A DNA stretch of 28,989 nt from a virus (taxonomy: Duplodnaviria > Caudoviricetes): positions 1 to 28,989 of IMG/VR virus record IMGVR_UViG_3300017909_000513; one strand, given 5' to 3'. The first letter of the stretch is position 1; every line of letters starts with the position of its first letter. A program made the translations under genes and the position numbers. Below the pieces are notes generated by a model that worked only from the letters and a program-made list of their open reading frames with translations, ran no database searches and was not told the origin of the DNA. This document shows, one piece after another, positions 25,760 to 28,989 of this stretch.

Positions 25760-27928
25760 ATGAGTGTGGTGAGGTTTGGCAACACTACATCTGGTAGGTC
25801 AGCCCATGATCTAGTCGAAGAGATATCTAGAAAAGTTCCGAAGTCTGAGCAGATTCGCATTCTGCAAGACACGTTCCCTGCCGGTCGTATTCACGGCAAA
25901 ACATTCTACATAGGCTCATTGCTGGGCGACTCTGGCAAGTCGATGAAGATCGACATTGATCCGTCGTCACCTAACTTCATGCGAGGCCAAGACTTCAATG
26001 GCGGCGTCGGGGTAGGCGGGATCGTAAAGATTCTGATGCACGGCAGAGATATGAAGTTGGGCGAGATCAAAGAGATGTTCTCGGACTATCTGGATAGTCT
26101 TGAGCCGCAAATTGTTCGGGATAATGCTCCAATCGAGCATCCGATCAAGACACAGTACAATGCCAATACGCCGTATGACGCGCAGTACATTTACACCAAC
26201 GCAGACGGTGAAGTGTTGGTTACGGTGCGCCGGTACAATGTGAAGGACATCACGGGCAATCCGCTGCTTAACTCTGCCGGAAAGCCAAAGAAAGAATTCA
26301 GGCCGTTTGTCGAGGGCGTTGGTTACTCCAAGTTCCCTGATATCCGCCCCATGTACAATATCCCGAACATTTTGGCATCGGAACGGGTGATTTGGGTTGA
26401 GGGCGAGAAGTGTGCCGACTCTCTCAATGAGGCGGGTTACACGGCGACATGCACGATTGGTGGGGCTGGCGCGCTGACCAAGAAGACATCGGCGCAGTTC
26501 GACTTCTCTCCATTGCAAGGCAAGGAAGTAATCCTGTGGCCTGACAACGATCCTGCTGGCAAGAAGCTGGCTGATCTGATTCAGGATTTGGCTTTGGCTG
26601 CTGGTGCGAAGTCGGTAACGATGCTGACACCGCCCATGGGCAAGCCTGAAGGGTGGGACGCATCGGATGCAATCAGCGAAGGCTTCAACATTGAAAGCTT
26701 TCTTAACACCAAAGCAAAAGTCACAAAGACGAACATCAACCTGCTGGATGATACGTTCTCTATCGCTCGGTTCGAGGGCGAGGCACCCGAACAAAAGTTC
26801 CTGATCGAAGGCACATTCCCTATGGGCGTGCCAATCATCTTTGCTGCTGCCGGTGATTCGGGCAAAGGCATGATGACTCTCGACATGGGCATGAAGATCG
26901 CATCGGGCAAGCCAATGACTACAGCTTTCGGTGGTCTGGTCAAAGAGTTCGGCAACGTGGTCATTTTCACGGCAGAAGATGACGAGGCTGAGATGCACCG
27001 AAGAATTGATCGTATGGATCCGTTTGGGGCTAGGCATGGCTATATCCATGATCTAAAGGTCGTACCTCTGCCAAATGTCGGCGGTGTGTTTCCGATACTG
27101 ACAGAAAGTCACGGTGACTTCTCGACATCTGAGGAGTTCGAGAAGATATACGAACAAGTGTTACAGATGCAGAATCTGAAGCTCATTGTGTTCGATCCAC
27201 TCGCATCTTTTGTACACGCTGACGTTAACGCTGATCCGGCTGCTGGTGCTGCTCTGACTGGTCTACTGGCCAAGATGGCTACTGAGACTGGCGCATCCAT
27301 ACTGCTCTGTCACCACATGACGAAGATTAAGGAAGACGCTGTGGTTAAGACGCCGGAGCAAGCTCGCAATCTTATTCGGGGTACGTCTGCTTTGGTTGAC
27401 GGTGTGCGCTCTGCTTTCGCCATATGGCAGGTCGATACAGTTCGGGCCAAGAAGATGTGTGAGCGCCTTGGTGTGCCGTTCCAACGTAACACCTGTTACG
27501 ACGGCGCAGTGGTGAAGTCCAACGGGCCAGCCCAGAGAAATGTTCGCCATTTCATTCGGGACATGAACACGGGGCTGCTGACTGACCGCACAGAAGAAAT
27601 CACGGCGATGAACACGGGAACCGCTCTGGAGGCAAAGCTAGATGCCATGTTCCAGTGGATCACAGACTGTGAGAACAACGGCATTGCGCTGACCCACATG
27701 AGCGGCAACAACGCAGTACACAGACGGTCTGAGGATGCTGATGCCCCTGATGTATTGCGAGGCGTAAGCAAAAGCTCTCTGGAGAAATATGTTCGGGATT
27801 TGCAGGACGCTGGCCGCATCGACAAGTTTCAGCTTACGCCAACCGGAGGTCGGGTCTGGCTTGGGGCAGTTGATGGGCCTATGAGTCGGGGCGAATATGA
27901 AGCAACAACGGCAAGAGATAATGTGTGA
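25760..27928 (+). CDS. TOPRIM primase fused to a RepA/AAA_25-type (SF4-related) helicase
   Basis: Likely start ATG 25760 (SD AGGAG); WVEGEK and WPDND (TOPRIM); AGDSGKG, AED, LIVFDP, CHH, RGTSA (helicase). Confidence 0.9.
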   Translation: MSVVRFGNTTSGRSAHDLVEEISRKVPKSEQIRILQDTFPAGRIHGKTFYIGSLLGDSGKSMKIDIDPSSPNFMRGQDFNGGVGVGGIVKILMHGRDMKLGEIKEMFSDYLDSLEPQIVRDNAPIEHPIKTQYNANTPYDAQYIYTNADGEVLVTVRRYNVKDITGNPLLNSAGKPKKEFRPFVEGVGYSKFPDIRPMYNIPNILASERVIWVEGEKCADSLNEAGYTATCTIGGAGALTKKTSAQFDFSPLQGKEVILWPDNDPAGKKLADLIQDLALAAGAKSVTMLTPPMGKPEGWDASDAISEGFNIESFLNTKAKVTKTNINLLDDTFSIARFEGEAPEQKFLIEGTFPMGVPIIFAAAGDSGKGMMTLDMGMKIASGKPMTTAFGGLVKEFGNVVIFTAEDDEAEMHRRIDRMDPFGARHGYIHDLKVVPLPNVGGVFPILTESHGDFSTSEEFEKIYEQVLQMQNLKLIVFDPLASFVHADVNADPAAGAALTGLLAKMATETGASILLCHHMTKIKEDAVVKTPEQARNLIRGTSALVDGVRSAFAIWQVDTVRAKKMCERLGVPFQRNTCYDGAVVKSNGPAQRNVRHFIRDMNTGLLTDRTEEITAMNTGTALEAKLDAMFQWITDCENNGIALTHMSGNNAVHRRSEDADAPDVLRGVSKSSLEKYVRDLQDAGRIDKFQLTPTGGRVWLGAVDGPMSRGEYEATTARDNV

Positions 27929-27934
27929 TGGGGG

Positions 27935-27963
27935 TTGCAAAGATGGAAATGATTGCGTATATA
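27935..27963 (+). promoter_or_regulatory. Putative sigma70 promoter with operator GAAATGATTGC; no ORF downstream
   Basis: TTGCAA (27935-40), 17-nt spacer, TATATA (27958-63); operator at 27946-56. Confidence 0.6.
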
Positions 27964-27968
27964 TATCG

Positions 27969-28049
27969 GGATAGCTAGGAAACCTCCTAACTGTTCGGTT
28001 GATGCTACGGCGGTGGACCCCCTAACTGGTTCGCCGCCGTAGTTTTTTT
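27969..28049 (+). ncRNA. Candidate anti-Shine-Dalgarno small regulatory RNA (~80 nt)
   Basis: Bounded by a promoter and a terminator; contains CCTCCTAACTGT, complementary to the RBS of gene 28048-28239. Confidence 0.55.
28005..28049 (+). terminator. Intrinsic terminator
   Basis: CTACGGCGGTGGACC-ccctaact-GGTTCGCCGCCGTAG (15-bp stem, two G-U) followed by T7. Confidence 0.88.
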
Positions 28050-28239
28050 ATGACTCGTTTACGAGCAATTGTTCGGCTTCCACACTCCGCTGCTCACTTC
28101 GCAGCATCTCCATGCCCACCTGCTGACACCGCAGCGCCATGTCCAGCATTTGTTCGGCTGACATCTCCACAATGTAAACCTTGCCACCCGCACTGACTGC
28201 CATGCCGTCATTGCGTGGGATGATTAGTACCTTTTCCAT
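28048..28239 (-). CDS. Small hypothetical protein (63 aa)
   Basis: Perfect AGGAGG SD 5 nt before the ATG; stop codon overlaps the T-tract of the opposite-strand terminator. Confidence 0.75.
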   Translation of the reverse strand: MEKVLIIPRNDGMAVSAGGKVYIVEMSAEQMLDMALRCQQVGMEMLRSEQRSVEAEQLLVNES

Positions 28240-28291
28240 TTTGCCCTCCTAACTGTACTACATTCTTGCCCCATACTTTGTAGCACATGTC

Positions 28292-28380
28292 ATGCCCGCT
28301 AATTAACTGCAAATAGCGGGCATATGCCGTGCCGCATAATTAACCGCAATTACGCGGCACAAAACTGCACAGGTTTTTGT
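28292..28380. other. Tandem hairpin cluster with related loops AAC(T/C)GC
   Basis: ATGCCCGCTA/TAGCGGGCAT; GTGCCGC-a-TAATT/AATTA-c-GCGGCAC; ACAAAA/TTTTGT. Confidence 0.7.
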
Positions 28381-28394
28381 CCATGAAAAAGGGG

Positions 28395-28423
28395 TTGACT
28401 TTAGCAATCATTGCATATATATT
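28395..28423 (+). promoter_or_regulatory. Sigma70 promoter with palindromic operator GCAATCATTGC
   Basis: TTGACT (28395-400), 17-nt spacer, TATATT (28418-23); operator at 28404-14. Confidence 0.78.
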
Positions 28424-28468
28424 AAAGATACCGTTAATGATGACGGCAATAGAAGAAGGACAAAACAA

Positions 28469-28675
28469 ATGGACAATCTGCTGATTGACGAATTGATCAA
28501 GATCCTGAATGGGATCAAAGAAACAAACCGCACCATGGAAATGGGTGACGTACAGGCAAGCCCCGACTTTGAAAGGGATTGGTACCGTCCAGCGGAACGT
28601 GAACAAGATGCGCTGATTTCAAAGCTCATCTCAACCATCAAGCAGAATGTGGATAGCATTGCTTGGAAAGACTAA
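28469..28675 (+). CDS. Small hypothetical early protein (68 aa)
   Basis: Has its own promoter, AAGGA SD and terminator. Confidence 0.75.
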   Translation: MDNLLIDELIKILNGIKETNRTMEMGDVQASPDFERDWYRPAEREQDALISKLISTIKQNVDSIAWKD

Positions 28676-28681
28676 GGGAGT

Positions 28682-28710
28682 GGGGGCGCAAGCCCCCTTT
28701 TATTTTTTTT
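28682..28710 (+). terminator. Intrinsic terminator with GNRA loop
   Basis: GGGGGC-GCAA-GCCCCC-TTTTATTTTTTTT. Confidence 0.9.
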
Positions 28711-28711
28711 G

Positions 28712-28740
28712 TTGACTATTGCATTCAATGCGATTAACTA
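28712..28740 (+). promoter_or_regulatory. Putative promoter with palindromic operator variant GCATTCAATGC
   Basis: TTGACT (28712-17); palindrome at 28721-31, same offset as in the 28395 promoter; weak -10 (TAACTA). Confidence 0.55.
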
Positions 28741-28773
28741 TACATAACTATCAATCAACCGAGGAATAGACCA

Positions 28774-28989
28774 ATGAATAGAGACATCACGATTAACTAC
28801 AGTCCTTCTGAGCTTTGGTGGAAGACCACCCTTGAAGACTTGTGGGTCACCATCCTTGAGGGTGGCAGTAACTATTGGGTGGATAAGATCGAATACGACA
28901 AGCCTGAGTGGGCTGATGCCACGCATCTGAAGAATGGCGCGCATCTCGCAGAAAACTTTGAGGTGACGATTTACCATAATGGTGAATAC
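28774..28989 (+). CDS. 3'-truncated hypothetical protein (MNRDITINYSPSELWWKTTLEDLWVTILEGGSNYWVDKI...)
   Basis: GAGGA SD at 28761-65; open to the window end; not in the ORF track. Confidence 0.75.
   Translation, partial: MNRDITINYSPSELWWKTTLEDLWVTILEGGSNYWVDKIEYDKPEWADATHLKNGAHLAENFEVTIYHNGEY

Larger units (their letters stand above)
1..28989. mobile_element. Segment of a tailed dsDNA bacteriophage genome (podovirus-like tail/ejection module, replication module, start of early region)
   Basis: Dense co-oriented genes with TAATG/TGATG/ATGA overlaps; lysozyme, fibres, ejection-like proteins, primase-helicase, SF2 helicase, Cas4-like nuclease; no host housekeeping genes, integrase or att site seen. 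Confidence 0.95.

Noticed and set aside
25924-26868. GDSGK occurring twice in the primase-helicase
   Set aside because: Only the second has Walker A context; the first is probably coincidental.
25967-27049. 360-aa antisense ORF and the many other minus-strand or alternate-frame ORFs inside long genes
   Set aside because: Shadow ORFs of well-supported genes, with no RBS or recognisable motifs.
27638-27940. Minus-strand ORF as the user of the AGGAGG at 27983-88
   Set aside because: Its TTG start is over 40 nt from that sequence, and the ORF lies antisense to the primase.
25013-28214. Extra 9/11 operator-like matches at 25013 (GCAATCATTAA) and 28204 (GCCGTCATTGC)
   Set aside because: Both are inside coding sequence with no adjacent promoter; plausibly chance.
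28400-28418. Operator as a Fur/Mur box because of the AATCATT core
   Set aside because: The palindrome is 5-1-5 with GC ends, shorter than the 7-1-7 Fur-family arrangement; not supportable without a motif comparison.
28300-28750. CtrA boxes (TTAA-N7-TTAA) suggested by several TTAAC words
   Set aside because: Spacing and second half-sites do not fit the consensus.
28340-28977. Minus-strand ORFs 28340-28606, 28408-28659 and 28738-28977
   Set aside because: They overlap plus-strand genes that have promoter and SD support.

Overview
The whole window is a segment of a tailed dsDNA phage genome, most likely a short-tailed (podovirus-type) aquatic phage. Taxonomy and host are inferred from gene content only. 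Positions 1-19749 (+) form a translationally coupled virion/lysis operon: small basic proteins, two adaptor-like proteins, a glycosyltransferase-like gene, fibre/spike/adhesin genes, a tail nozzle-like protein, four probable ejection proteins and a T4-type lysozyme. Positions 19691-20099 hold two small minus-strand genes, one a ribbon-helix-helix regulator. Positions 20141-27928 (+) form a replication/recombination module with no DNA polymerase: DUF1064-like nuclease, Sak4-like ATPase, SSB, wHTH protein, SF2 helicase, Cas4-like nuclease and TOPRIM primase-helicase. Positions 27930-28989 form a compact regulatory/early region. The most notable unexplained structure is a candidate ~80-nt small RNA (about 27969-28049) with its own promoter and terminator. 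It is perfectly complementary over 12 nt to the ribosome-binding site of the adjacent convergent gene and partly complementary to the RBSs of other phage genes. Its promoter shares an 11-bp palindromic operator (GCAATSATTGC) with three other promoters. Other highlights are a DPYAIxDKIG peptide shared by two unrelated ejection proteins, a cupredoxin-like domain on a virion protein, and a Maf/sialyltransferase-like gene among the structural genes. All family assignments come from motif recognition by eye; no database searches were run.
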